Part shown: positions 50,126 through 62,408 of the stretch, in pieces
Numbering within the stretch: the stretch's first letter is position 1
Layout: each line of letters begins with the position of its first letter
Source of the DNA: Mobula hypostoma
Taxonomy: Eukaryota
Reading direction: 5' to 3'
Length of the DNA: 64,000 nt
Assembly: GCF_963921235.1 (NCBI RefSeq)
Contig: NC_086108.1
Location: 111,602,001-111,666,000 of the forward strand
Program-made: the position numbers and the translations under genes
The notes under the pieces: generated by a model
Seen by the model: only the letters and a program-made list of their open reading frames with translations
The model's database searches: none
Told to the model about the DNA's origin: nothing

Positions 50126-52639
50126 CTGGGAGAAAGAAATCCAGTTTGGCGTCAAGAGTCCTCTAGAAAAGTACAGCACAGAGGCATGCCCCTCGGCCCA
50201 TCTAGTCTGTACCAAGCCATTTATTAATTTGAGATACAGCGCAGAATAGGCACTTCGAGCCACGCTGCCCAGCACTCCCAGTTTAATCCAGGCCTAATCA
50301 TGGGACAATTTAGTGACCAATTAACCTACTAATCCCCATATGCCTGGAATGTGGAGCACCCGCAGGAAACCTATACATTCATGGGGAAGACTTAAGCTCC
50401 AAGGAACGAGAATTAAGCCCGGGTCTTCTATACTGTAAAACATTGTGCTAACCGCTATGCTACTACACTGCCCCATTTAAACTGCCTAGTCCCATTGTCC
50501 TGCACCTGGACTATAGTCATCCACACCCCTCCCATCCTTGTAACCTATCCATACGTCTCTTAAACATTTCTTTTGGTGGTTTAAATTAAACAAAAGCCAC
50601 TGCTCACTAATGCCTTTTTTTAAAAAAAAAGCTCCCAAAGTGTATTCACTAACAAATATATACAATCAGAGGTTCACAAAACTACTTACAATTTCAAATT
50701 AAAACATGCTACCTGGGGTGGTGCTTGAGGCAAATATATCAGGGATTTTTAAGAGATATTTATATAGGTGTGTGAATGTGAGAAAAATGGAGAAATATGT
50801 GCATTGTATAGGCAAAAGAGACCAATTTAGTTGGCCATTTGATTTCTAATTTAATTGGTTCTGCACATTGTGGGCCAAAAGGCCTATTCCTGTACTGTTC
50901 CATGTTCTATAGAATTCAAGCCTCCGGAAATCCCCCAGTGTGCCCATAGAGATTGCATGCCCTTTCTCCAGGGACACCCAGGCACAGGTGCGACCCCAGA
51001 CATGGGGCATGCAGTTTGCTCAGACACAGCCCCTGTCTATTCACTGTCCGGACCCATGTCCGGACCCATGAATGGCTGGATTGGCCAGGCCCAGGAGCAA
51101 AGCAGACCGTAGTTTGTCAGGGAACATATCGCCATCTCATGGAGAAGTAGAATTTTACAGTTCATCTGTTCCACAGCTACTTAAATACACACAAAAACAC
51201 CGGAGGAACCCAGCAGACCAGGCAGCATCAATGAGGGGAATAAACAGTCAACCATTTGGCTTAAGACCCTTCATCAGAACTGGAAAGGGAGGAGGTAGAA
51301 GCTTGAATAGAGGACGGGGAAGGGGGGTACACAAGCTGGCAGGTTCCCATTCTAATTCTATGTCTGCCCCTTAACGAGCCAAACTCAGGTTGGAGGAAGA
51401 GTACCTCATTTTGTCTCAGTAGTCTCTAACCTGACAACAAGACCCTCAATTTCTCCAGATTTGGGCAATTTATTCCCCTTCCTCCTCATCATTTTGTTTC
51501 CCCACCCCCACCCCTTCTCTTCACAGGCCCATCACCTCCCCAGTGCACTCCCCTCCCATGGCCCGCTCTCTTCTATCAGGTTCCTTTTTCAGCCTTCTTG
51601 TCTTCCACCATTCCCCTTCCAGCTCTTCACTTCATCTCCCCTCTGCCACCTTTCCCCTTACCCCTCAGCTTCTCACCCCCTCACTTGGTCTCACCCATCA
51701 CCTGCCAATTTGTACTCCTCCCCCTGCCTCACCTTATTCTGGCTCCCCCCCCCACCCTTCTTTTCCAGCCCCGATGAAGGGTTTCTGCCTGAAACGTTGA
51801 CTGTTTATTCACCTCCACGGATGCTGCCTGACCTGCCGAGCTCCTCCAGCATTGTGTTGCTGCTCTGGATTTCCAGTATCTGCAGAATCTCATATTTATG
51901 ATTTGATTTTAAACTCCATTGTTCTTCACCTTGGAATTCAGGTCTTTCACCTTTTGGTATCCTCATTCATAATCAATGCCTTCTGCTATTTTAAAAAAAT
52001 CAGCTAACAATGACCGCAAATAGATGTGACTGTTTTGCTTTCACTGAGGGAAGATCCCATCACCAAGCACCCAAGGTGATGCAAGACCAGAATCCCTGAA
52101 CCACAGAGGCATCTCAGACACTCAGGGCAACAAGTGGAAGGGTTACTGACTTCGAAGCCCAGGGAATGAAGAAATTGTGGGGAAGGAGAGGCAAAGGAGA
52201 TTTAAAATTAGCAAGGAGCCTGTGGATTAGCTGAAACAGGATAGTACAGTACAGGAACAGGCCCTTCTGGCCACAATGTTGTGCTAAATCTGTTAAATTT
52301 GTAATCAATGGCCAACTAAACTAATTCCCTCTCCCTACACAGTGTCCATTTTCCTCACATTCACGTGCTTATCCAAACACCTCTTAAAAGTTTAGTGTTT
52401 CTCCTCTACCCACACACCGGGCACCCAGCCCTGGGGAAAAACTTGCCCCTCACATCTGTTTTAAAATTAACCCCTCCACCCCCCCGCAAATCATAAATGT
52501 ATACCCTCTGGTATTAAACATTTCAGTCCTGGGAAAAGATACTGTCATATTGTCCATATACAATATCTCAATCTCACAAATCTCTATCAGACTTCCCCTC
52601 CGCTTCTACCAGTCCAGTGAAAACAAACCCAAGTTTGTA

Positions 52640-53212
52640 CAAGCAACACACATCAAAGTTGCTGGTGAACGCAGCAGGCCAGGCAGCATCTCTAGGAAGA
52701 GGTACAGTCGATGTTTCGGGCCGAGACCCTTTGTCAGGACTAACTGAAAGAGCTAGTAAGAGATTTGAAAGTGGGAGGGGGAGGGGGAGATCCAAAATGA
52801 TAGGAGAAGACAGGAGGGGGAGGGATGGAGCCAAGAGCTGGACAGGTGATTGGCAAAAGGGATATGAGAGGATCATGGGACAGGAGGCCCAGGGAGAAAG
52901 ACGGGGGTGGGGGGAACCCAGAGGATGGGCAAGGGGTATAGTCAGAGGGACAGAGGGAGAAAAAGGAGAGTGAGAGAAAGAATGTGTGTATATAGATAAA
53001 TAACGGATGGGGTACGAGGGGGAGGTGGGGCATTAGCGGAAGTTAGAGAAGTCAACGTTCATGCCATCAGGTTGAAGGCTACCCAGATGGAATATAAGGT
53101 GTTGTTCCTCCAACCTGAGTGTGGCTTCATCTTTACAGTAGAGGAGGCAGTGGATAGACATATCAGAATGGGAATGGGATGTGGAATTAAAATGTGTGGC
53201 CACTGGGAGATT
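52640..53212 (-). mobile_element. PLE 3' fragment in MCOLN3 intron
   Basis: NLPVATHFNSTSHSHSDMS..EEQHLIFHLGSLQPDGMNVDFSNFR*; same pseudo-LTR as 9552-10173. Related fragments at 6375-6600, 17660-18127, 20870-21090, 30645-31020, 42778-42895, 44057-44425, 51185-51897, 61785-62228. Confidence 0.88.
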
Positions 53213-53271
53213 GTCCAGCCTCTCATTAGAACAGAAAAACAGATCTTCCACTTTCTCCACAGAACACTCAC

Positions 53272-53371
53272 CCTCTCCCGTTACATGTCGGCCTTTGCAT
53301 TTCCTAATGGAAATATCGTTGTCCAGATTAATCTGAATTCTTCCACTGTGAGCTTTATTGTCAAAGGTTAT
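53272..53371 (-). CDS. MCOLN3: Mucolipin-3-like exon
   Basis: tag|...G|gtgagt, 100 bp; ITFDNKAHSGRIQINLDNDISIRKCKGRHVTGE (mucolipin FDNKAHSGRI motif). Confidence 0.96.
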
Positions 53372-53703
53372 CTAAAAACAAAACAATTAGAGGAAAAAAG
53401 ATTTACCAGGATGTTGCTCATATTAGAGAGCACATCTTGTGAGGATAGGTCAAACAAGCTTGGGCTTCTCTTTGGAGAAAGGAGGACGAGGCAACTTGAT
53501 AAACATGTATATACCAAGAGGCACACAGAGCATGGACAGCCACAGACTTTCTCAAGGCAGAAATAGTTAATACCAGAGGTAATCATTTTAAGATGATAGG
53601 AGGAAAGAATAGGTGGGATGCTGAGGCAAGCATTTTTTCATCTTAGTGTGTGGAACACCCTGCTAGATGGTGGTAGGAACAGGTGCATTAGGGGCATTTA
53701 AGA

Positions 53704-54900
53704 CAGCGGTCTCCAACCACCGGGCCACGGACTGGTACCAGGCCACGACGAAACGGTATGTTTTGGCAATACGCGTCAGCTGCGCCTTTCCTCATTCCCT
53801 GTCACAGGCTGTTGGAACTTGAACGCACGCGCAGTCATTACGCATGCGTCATTCATGTCCACGCGGGAAGGAGATCAACTCCTCGAGCTTGCAAATGACA
53901 GTGGGCTGAAAAGTATGTTTGACGTAACATCTCTGCCGGCATTCTGGATCAAAGTCAGGGCTGAATATCCTGAGATAGCCACGAAAGCACTGAAAACTTT
54001 GCTTCCATTTCCAACATCAGATCCCTGCAATGAATGCAACGAAAACTAAATTGCAGAATAGACTGGACATCAGGAACCCCTTTCGAGTATCGCTGTCCCT
54101 CGATGGGTCCGTCTTGTTGCAGGGAACAAGTATTCAGCCCAGGGCTTCCACTGATTCAGCGATATTGGTGTGTTGCAATGATTTTGTATGTTCATACGGG
54201 GAATATGTGCTGTATGTTTAATATCCAGACATTACTTAAAATGTTATGATGCTATTGACTTATAAGTGACTTATATAACCATATAACAATTACAGCACAG
54301 AAACAGGCAGTCTCTGCCCTTCTAGTCCGTGCTGAACGCTACTCTCACCTAGTCCCACCGACCTGCACTCAGCCCATAACCCTCAATTCCTTTCCTGTCC
54401 ATATACCTATCCAATTTTTCTTTAAATGATAATATCGAACCTGCCTCTACCACTTCTACTGGAAGTTCATTCAATACTTACTTCAAGCTCCCCTGTCCTT
54501 CCCTGATAATTGACATCACTATATTCATGCGAGGAAAATATGCGCTGTGTGTTTAATATTAAATTCGTTAGATAAACCCTTTTAGAAACAAAATTGAGTA
54601 TATTAGCCACTTATCACCTATATTTCGGTCATGATTAACCGCCCCCACCCCCTCCCAAAAGAGAATCACCAAAACAATTTGTAGAAAAAAAGATCAGCAC
54701 ATACACTCATACGCACTAGTGCCCGCGCAAGGCTTCACGGTCATTGTAGTCTTTCTTGGGGTAAACAACGTATTTAACTGCTACTCTTGTCCGTTGGCAG
54801 CCCTACACACCCCGCCCCCCCCTCCCCCCCAGTCTGCCGGTCAGAAGAATATTGTCAATATTAAACCGGTCCGCAGTGCAAAAAAGGTTGGGGACCCCTG
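53704..54900 (+). mobile_element. Non-autonomous hAT (Charlie-type) DNA transposon
   Basis: TIRs CAGCGGTCTCCAACC / GGTTGGGGACCCCTG; 8-bp TSD ATTTAAGA / GTTTAAGA; dimerisation-domain remnant SLPAFWIKVRAEYPEIATKALKTLLPFPTS. Confidence 0.9.
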
Positions 54901-56430
54901 GTTTAAGAGACTCTTAGAGGGGCATATGGATGATAGAGGAATGAAGGGTTAACATGGGAGGGAAAGTTAAATTGTTCTTAAGAGGTTAAAAGGTCAGCAC
55001 AACATTGTGGGCCAAGGGCCTGTACTATACTGTTCTACAGAAAACTAAATTACTGGAGAGCTCTTCCCATTGGGCGTGGGAGTGAAGTGACCAGCTCCTG
55101 CAAGTCTCTGCATACAGACGAGTGATATTTGTAGTCAGACAACATGGATATGGGCCCTGTGGGATCTTACCATGCTCAGTGGCTGAGGCCAACCACCTGT
55201 CAGAGCACAGAGGCCAAGAGCTTGGTCCCAGAGCAGGTGCACAGTTGACAAGGTAGAACTCCAAATAGCTTTTGATACATGGAAACTTGGGGAGCTCCAG
55301 GGGATCAGAAATAACTGCAGAGCGTTGCAGACACAACAGGCTCCATGATGGGCACAAATTTTCCCACTAGAGGACATCTTCAAAAGACAATGCCTCAAGG
55401 AGGCAGCAACCATGAAAGAACCCTTACCATTCAGGATGTGCCATCTTCTCTTTACTGCTTTTGGGAGGAGATACAGGAGCCTGGAGACCCACACAATGTT
55501 TCAGGAAGAGGCTTGCCCTCCCCCAGACATCTTAACAGTCTGAGCTCTACCTCTACTTTGCTCCCTTATTGCATTTCATCACATTGAGGTCACATGTACA
55601 CAGACACACAAAATGTATTTTGTGATTACAACCAACACTCCTAAGGATGTGCTGGGGGTAGCCCGCCAGTGTCGCCACACAGCATTCAACACAACATACA
55701 CAAGAACAAACAAGCCCCTTCCCCACCCTCTCACATACACAGGTTCCGGCCTCCAGTCCTTGGCCCTGGACACTCAAACACTGGGCCTCCAACCTTCTGT
55801 TCCTGGCCTGACTTGTTGTAAGTTGCATTAAGAACATGTCAAGTAACAACTCATGTCTTGCACTTTACTGCTACCACAATAAATAAACAAACAAACGCCA
55901 GTGATAGTAAGCCTGATTCTGATGCAGTAGGGTTGGATTCTGAAGTTTTTAATCCAGGTTCGTTTTAGAAGTCAGGACAGAGGCACAACGCTCATTTCTT
56001 CAATCATTTTATTAAGTGTTAATAGAACAAAGAAAAGTTGGAAACATGCAGCAACAGGAGCAGAAGCTAATAGCCCAGAGCAGAGACTGAGGCTAAGACG
56101 ATGCCACCTTGTGGTCAGATCTTTATACTCCACAGCCAAGATAGCTGCAATTTTGAGTGGAATCCGAAAATCAGCCACCTCAAAGTCTAGTTAAATAACG
56201 CTGCACCAAGAGAAGCTTCCAGAATCTCAGTGTAATCACTAAGGGACACACTGAACAACTACATACTGTGATCACTAGGAAGCATGGTAAGCAATTACTG
56301 TATATAAAATACAAGTGGACAGTTAATTGTTAAATTGCAAAAACAGTTATTAAATAGTCTAAAACCTACAGTTTAATCCAGCAGTGGCAACACCAACCTC
56401 ACGAAGACAAGGCAGAGGGAAGCTACTTAC

Positions 56431-56527
56431 AGTGACAAGGAAATCGTAGCAATCGGGTAGCTCATGACGCCGGATGGTTTGAAGGTTGATGGTTTTCAGT
56501 TTAAACTGGACTTGAATCATTAATAGT
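56431..56527 (-). CDS. MCOLN3: Mucolipin-3-like exon
   Basis: cag|...|gtaagt, 97 bp; LLMIQVQFKLKTINLQTIRRHELPDCYDFLVT. Confidence 0.96.
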
Positions 56528-56606
56528 CTGCAAGAGACACGGCAACACAATTAAATAAAGTGAGGCTCACTCCATTTCAGATCAGAAAATAATCCGCAAG
56601 CCTTAC

Positions 56607-56691
56607 CTGTGGAAATGCAGAGTCAAATTCAGCTTCCCGTCCACCAGCAGAGCACGGAGGCTTTGGCTCGTTGGTTTGATGTCCAGGCACT
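56607..56691 (-). CDS. MCOLN3: Mucolipin-3-like exon
   Basis: cag|...AG|gtaagg, 85 bp, phase 1 to 2; (E)CLDIKPTSQSLRALLVDGKLNLTLHFH(R), TRPML3-type KLNLTL.FHR. Confidence 0.93.
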
Positions 56692-56974
56692 CTGGCACAG
56701 AACATACAGAAAGACATTATACTGGTGGTATCTCTATCGAGTTCACAGCCCTACCAACCTCTGGCTTGCACCCCAGCCCAATGTGGCTGTGTGGCCAATC
56801 ATGTTGAACATAGACAAGGTCACACCAAGCTTAGAACAGCCACATTGGGCTGGGTGCAAACCAGTGGTTCGTAGGGCCATGAACTCAATGGATGCTACAG
56901 CACAGTACAGGCCCTTGGGCCCATAATGTTGGGCCACACATAAACCCTCTCCAAGATTAATCTAACTTGGTCCC

Positions 56975-57495
56975 CTAATTTGAGGAAAGGCATTCTTGCC
57001 ATAGAGGGAGTACAAAGAAGGTTCACCAGATTGATTCTTGGGATGGCAGGACTTTCATATGATGAAAGACTGGATGAACTAGGCTTATACTCGTTGGAAT
57101 TTAGAAGATTGCGGGGGGATCTTATTGAAACGCGTAAAATCCTAAAGGGATTGGACAGGCTAGATGCAGGAAGATTGTTCCTGTTGTTGGGGAAGTCCAG
57201 AATGAGGGGTCACAGTCTGAGGATAAAGGGGAAGCCTTTTAGGACCGAAATGAAGAAAACTTCTTCACAGAGAGTGGTGAATCTGTGGAATTCTCTGCCA
57301 CAGGAAACAGTTGAGGCCAGTTCATTGGCTATATTTAAGAGGGAGTTAGATATGGCCCTTGTGGCTAAAGGGATCGGGGGTATGGAGAGAAGGCAGGTAC
57401 AGGGTTCTGAGTTGGATGATCAGCCATGATCATACTGAATGGCAGTGCAGGCTCAAAGGGCCGAATGGCCTACTCCTGCACCTATTTTCTATGTT
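56975..57495 (+). mobile_element. CR1 LINE 3' end
   Basis: ORF 56980-57429 (EGVQRRFTRLI..LGLYSLEFRRLRGDLIE) and 3' UTR. Confidence 0.88.
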
Positions 57496-58411
57496 TTTAA
57501 TGTAACTGTTCCTCCATTTATCCTATCATTCATGTGAATATCCGAAATGGCCTCAACCCATCTGCCTCCATCACCTCCACTAGCAGTACATTCCATGCAC
57601 CCACCACTAACAAAAAACCCTACTTCTGACATTCCCCAATATACTTTCCTCCAATCACCTTAAAATTATGCCCCCCCCCCCATATTCACTATTTCCATCC
57701 TGGGAAAAGTCTCTTGCTGTCCACTATCAATACTTCTCATCTTGCACACCTTTATCAAGTCACCCCTCATCCTCCTTTGCCCCAAAGAGAAAAACCCTAG
57801 CACACTCAACCCATCCTCAAGACATGCTCTCCAATCTAGACATCCGGTAAATCACCTCTGCACCCTCTCTAAAGCTTCCACATCCTTTCTGTATTGAGAT
57901 GACCAGAACTGAACGCAATATTCTAAGTGTGGTTAATCAGGGTTTTGTAGAGCTGCAACATTACCTCCCAGCTCTTGAACTCAATCCTCTGACTAGTGGC
58001 CTGACAGATGCAGGAATCAGGCATTGGGGGTTTGAGTTACAAGGAGAGACAGGCCACATTTTCCTGAGCAAAGGTGATTGAAGGGTGGCATTATATAGGT
58101 TTAGAAAATCATGAGGAGCTGATAAGGTGGTCAGTCCCTGGTCAAGAGAGTCTGACACTAGATTCAAGATTGCTTAATGTCATTCCCAGGACACAAGTTT
58201 AAAGGCAAATGAAATAATTGTGACTCCGGATCTGATGCTGACAAAAATGCACAAGATAAAGAACACAATAACAGAAAATGCACAAGTTAGATCATCTCCA
58301 CAGATTGTGTCCATAAAGAGAGGAAATGATAAAGTAGTGGTGGTTGGGGTGTGGAGGGGTGGGTTAGTGGGTGGAGGTGGTGATCAGCCTGTTTGGGGAA
58401 AGTAACTGTTT

Positions 58412-61028
58412 AGACCACAAGACCATAAAACAAAGGACCGGAAGTCAGCCATTCGGCCCATCGAGTCTGCTCCACCATTTTATCATGAGCTGATCCATTC
58501 TCCCATTTAGTCCCACTCCCCGGCCTTCTCACCATAACCTTTGATGCCCTGGCTACTCAGATACCTATCAATCTCTGCCTTAAATACACCCAATGACTTG
58601 GCCTCCACTGCTACCCGTGGCAACAAGTTCCATTGATTCACCACCCTGACTAAAAAAATTTCTTCGCATTTCTGTTCTGAATGGGCGCTCTTCAATCCCT
58701 AAGTCATGCCCTCTCGTACTAGACTCCCCCATCATGGGAAACAACTTTGCCACATCCACTCTGTCCATGCCTTTCAACATTCGAAATGTTTCCATGAGGT
58801 CTCCCCTCATTCTTCTAAACTCCAAGGAATACAGTCCAAGAGCAGACAAACGTTCCTCATATGTTAACCCTCTCATTCCTGGAATCATTCTAGTGAATCT
58901 TCTCTGTACCCTCTCCAATGTCAGCACATCCTTTCTTAAATAAGGAGACCAAAACTGCCCACAGTACTCCAAGTGAGGTCTCACCAGTGCCTTATAGAGC
59001 CTCAACATCACATCCCTGCTTCTATACTCTATTCCTTTAGAAATGAATGCCAACATTGCATTCGCCTTCTTCACTACTGACTCAACCTGGAGGTTAACTT
59101 TAAGGGTATCCTGTACGGGGACTCCCAAGTCCTGTTGCATCTCAGAACTTTGAATTCTTTCCCCATTTAAATAATAGTCTGCCCATTTATTTTTTCTGCC
59201 AAAGTGCATAACCATACACTTTCCAACATTGTACTTCATTTGCCACTTCTCTGCCCATTCTTCCAATCTATCCAAGTCTCTCTGCAGACTCTCCGTTTCC
59301 TCAGCACTACCGGCCCCTCCACCTATCTTCATATCGTCAGCAAACTTAGCCACAAAGCCATCTATTCCATAATCCAAATCATTGATGTACGACATAAAAA
59401 GAAGCGGCCCCAACACGGACCCCTGTGGAATACCACTGGTAACTGGCAGCCAACCAGAATAGGATCCCTTTATTCCCACCCTCTGTTTCCTGCCAATCAG
59501 CCAATGCTCTATCCACATAAGTAACTTCCACGTAATTCCATGGGCTCTCATCTTGTTAAGTAGCCTCATGTGTGGCACCTTGTCAAAGGCCTTCTGAAAA
59601 TCCAAGTATACAACATCCACTGCATCTCCCTTGTCTAGCCTACTGGTAATTTCCTCAAAAAATTGTAATAGGTTTGTCAGGCAGGATTTTCCTTTAAGGA
59701 ATCCATGCTGAGTTCTGCTTATTTTGTCATATGCCTCCAGGTACTCTGTAACCTCATCCTTCACAATCGACTCCAACAACTTCCCAACCACCGATGTCAA
59801 GCTAACAGATATATAATTTCCTTTTTGCTTCCTTGCCCCCTTCTTAAATAGCAGAGTGACATTTGCAATCTTCCAGTCCTCCGGAACCATGCCAGAATCT
59901 ATCGACTTTTGAAAGATCATCGCTAATGCCTCCGCAATCTCCACAGCTACTTCCTTCAGAACACGAGGGTGCATTCCATCTGGTCCAGGAGATTTATCGA
60001 CCTTTAGCCTATTCAGCTTCCTGAGTACTTTCTCTGTCGTAATTGTGACTGCGCACACTTCTCTTCCCTGCTACTCTTGAGTGTCCGGTATCCTGCTGAT
60101 GTCTTCCTCAGTGAAGACTGATGCAAAATACTTGTTCAGTTCCTCTGCCATATCCTCATCTCCCATTACAATTTCTCCAGCATCATTTTCTATCGGTCCT
60201 ATATCTACTCTCACCTGTCTTTTACTCTTTATATACTTGAAAAAGCTTTTAGTATCCTCTTCGATATTATTTGCTAGTTTCCTTTCATAGTTAATCTTTT
60301 CTCTCTTAATGACCTTCTTGGTTTCCTTTTGTAAGGTTTTAAAAACTTCCCAATCCTCTGTCTTCCCACTAATTTTTGCTTCCTTGTATGCCCTCTCCTT
60401 TGCTCTAACTTTGGCTTTGACTTCTCTTGTCAACCACGGTTGCATCCTTTTTCCACTCAAAAATTTCTTCTTTTTTGGAATATACCTGTCTTGCACATTC
60501 CTCATTTCTCGCATAAACTCTAGCCACTGCTGCTCTGCTGTCTTTCCCGCCAGTGTCTCTTTCCAGTCAACTTTGGCCAGTTCCTCTCTCATGCCACTGT
60601 AATTTCCTTTACTCCACTGAAATACCGACGCATCAGATTTCGGCTTCTCTTTTTCTAATTTCACAGTGAACTCAATCATGTTATGATCACTGCCTCCTAA
60701 GGGTTCCTTCACCTCAATCTCTCTAATCACCTCCGGTTCATTACACAATACCCAATCCAGTACAGCCGATCCCCTAGTGGGCTCAACAACAAGCTGTTCT
60801 AAAAAGCCATCTCGCAGACATTCTGCAAATTCTCTCTCTCGAGATCCAGTGCCGACCTGATTTTCCCAATCCACTCGTATGTTAAAATCCCCCACAATCA
60901 CAACACTGCCCTTCTGACAAGCCTTTTCTATTTCCAGCTGTAATTTGTAGTCCACATCCCTGCAGTTGTTTGGAGGCCTATAAATAACTGCCATCAGGGT
61001 CCTTTTACCCCTGCCATTTCTTAGCTCA
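58412..61028 (-). mobile_element. Young 5'-truncated CR1 LINE, near-intact ORF2
   Basis: ORFs 60071-60994 (AP endonuclease: YRPP, GDFN, SDH) and 58580-60058 (RT: YLDFQKAFD, QGSVLGP, FADD) share a frame and are separated by one TAG; octamer tail at ~58412-58427. Confidence 0.93.
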
Positions 61029-62254
61029 AGTCTGATGGTCCTGGCAAGGATGCTATGTAGCCTTTTCCTTGATAGGAGTGGGACAAACAGTCTATGAGCA
61101 GGGCAAGGGATCCTTCATGATGTTCTTAGCAAGAAATAAAGGAGCTCCATTTAATGAGGGGGAAGAAAGCTGAAAGATTATATGGGGACATTTTTGTTTT
61201 AAATACAAAAGCACATAGTGGTAGGTGCCTACGACAGGATGCGAGAGTAGGGCAGAAACAGATAATTGTGGCACTTGAGGGATTTTGAATAAACATGCGT
61301 GTCTGAGAGCCCAGGGCCAAGGACTGGAGGCCCAGCAGAGGCCTGTGTGTTGAGAGGGGGTAGGTAGGAAAGAGGCTTTTTGTTCCATTATTGCTGCTCA
61401 TGGTGTTCTGCAAAACATTGTGGGAACGCCAAGTTGGTGCTGGAATGTGTGATGACATTTGGTGCGCTGAGGACAGCCCACCCTTAAGTTGAGTTGGTTG
61501 TTAATGCAAATTAAAATTTATATTTTAATGTACGTGATACACAAATCTGAAATGCAGGGGAAGGGAAGGATATGGATTACATGCAGGCAAATGAGATGGA
61601 GTTTAATTGGCATTAATGCTGGCACTGACTGTGGGCCAAAGAGCCTGATCCTGTGCTGCGTTTCTGAGGGCAAAGAGTTTGAGCAGACATTTACAAATAG
61701 AGTTCATTCCACCTCCATCGCAGGAGGTGCAGGCAAATGGATGTGGTCTCCAAGCAAGAATATCTGATGCACATCAGAAGGAAGAGATCCTGCAGATGCT
61801 AGAAACACAGCAACTTACAAAATGTTGGAGGGACTCAGGTCAGGCAACATCTTTGAAAGTGATAAACAGTCGACTCCCCCCCCCCCTTCTATTCCCCACT
61901 CTGGCCTCTTACCTCTTCTCCTGCCTATCCACCTCCCAGTGCTCCTCCTCCTCTTTCTCCAATGGTCCACTCTCCTCTCCGAGTCCTTCTCCAGCCCTTG
62001 ACTTTTTCCATGAATCACCTCCCAGCTTCTCACTTCCTCCCCTCCCCCACACACGTGGCTTCACCCATCACCTACCAGCTTATCTTCCTTCTGTGCCCCC
62101 CCCCCCACTCCTATTTCGGCATCTTTTCCCTTCCTTCCCAGACCTGAAAAGATCGTGGCCCGGAACGCTGACTGTTTATTCGTTTCCATGCATTGCTGCC
62201 TGACCTGCTGAGTTCCTCCAGCACTGTGCGCGCCGCTCTGATGCGCACACTCAC

Positions 62255-62408
62255 CTTTCTCCACCATTGGGTCAATGTTGAATGATTCGTTGCCAGGACT
62301 GACACTCCCCCGCTTGTAGAAATACTGACACACCGTCAACGGCATCAGGTCACTCCCTCGCCTTTCGTAAGCATGGTTACCAACAGAAATCTTATGCAGT
62401 TTGACATA
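62255..62408 (-). CDS. MCOLN3: Mucolipin-3-like exon (luminal domain), first exon visible in window
   Basis: tag|...G|gtgagt, 154 bp; YVKLHKISVGNHAYERRGSDLMPLTVCQYFYKRGSVSPGNESFNIDPMVEK matches TRPML3 (SVGNHAYE...CQHFYKRG...PGN.TF.IDP). Confidence 0.95.

Noticed and set aside
27859..62408. Assignment as MCOLN1 or MCOLN2
   Set aside because: [30 protein letters not shown] and the three-histidine pattern fit TRPML3 better; a tree is still needed to separate ortholog from paralog
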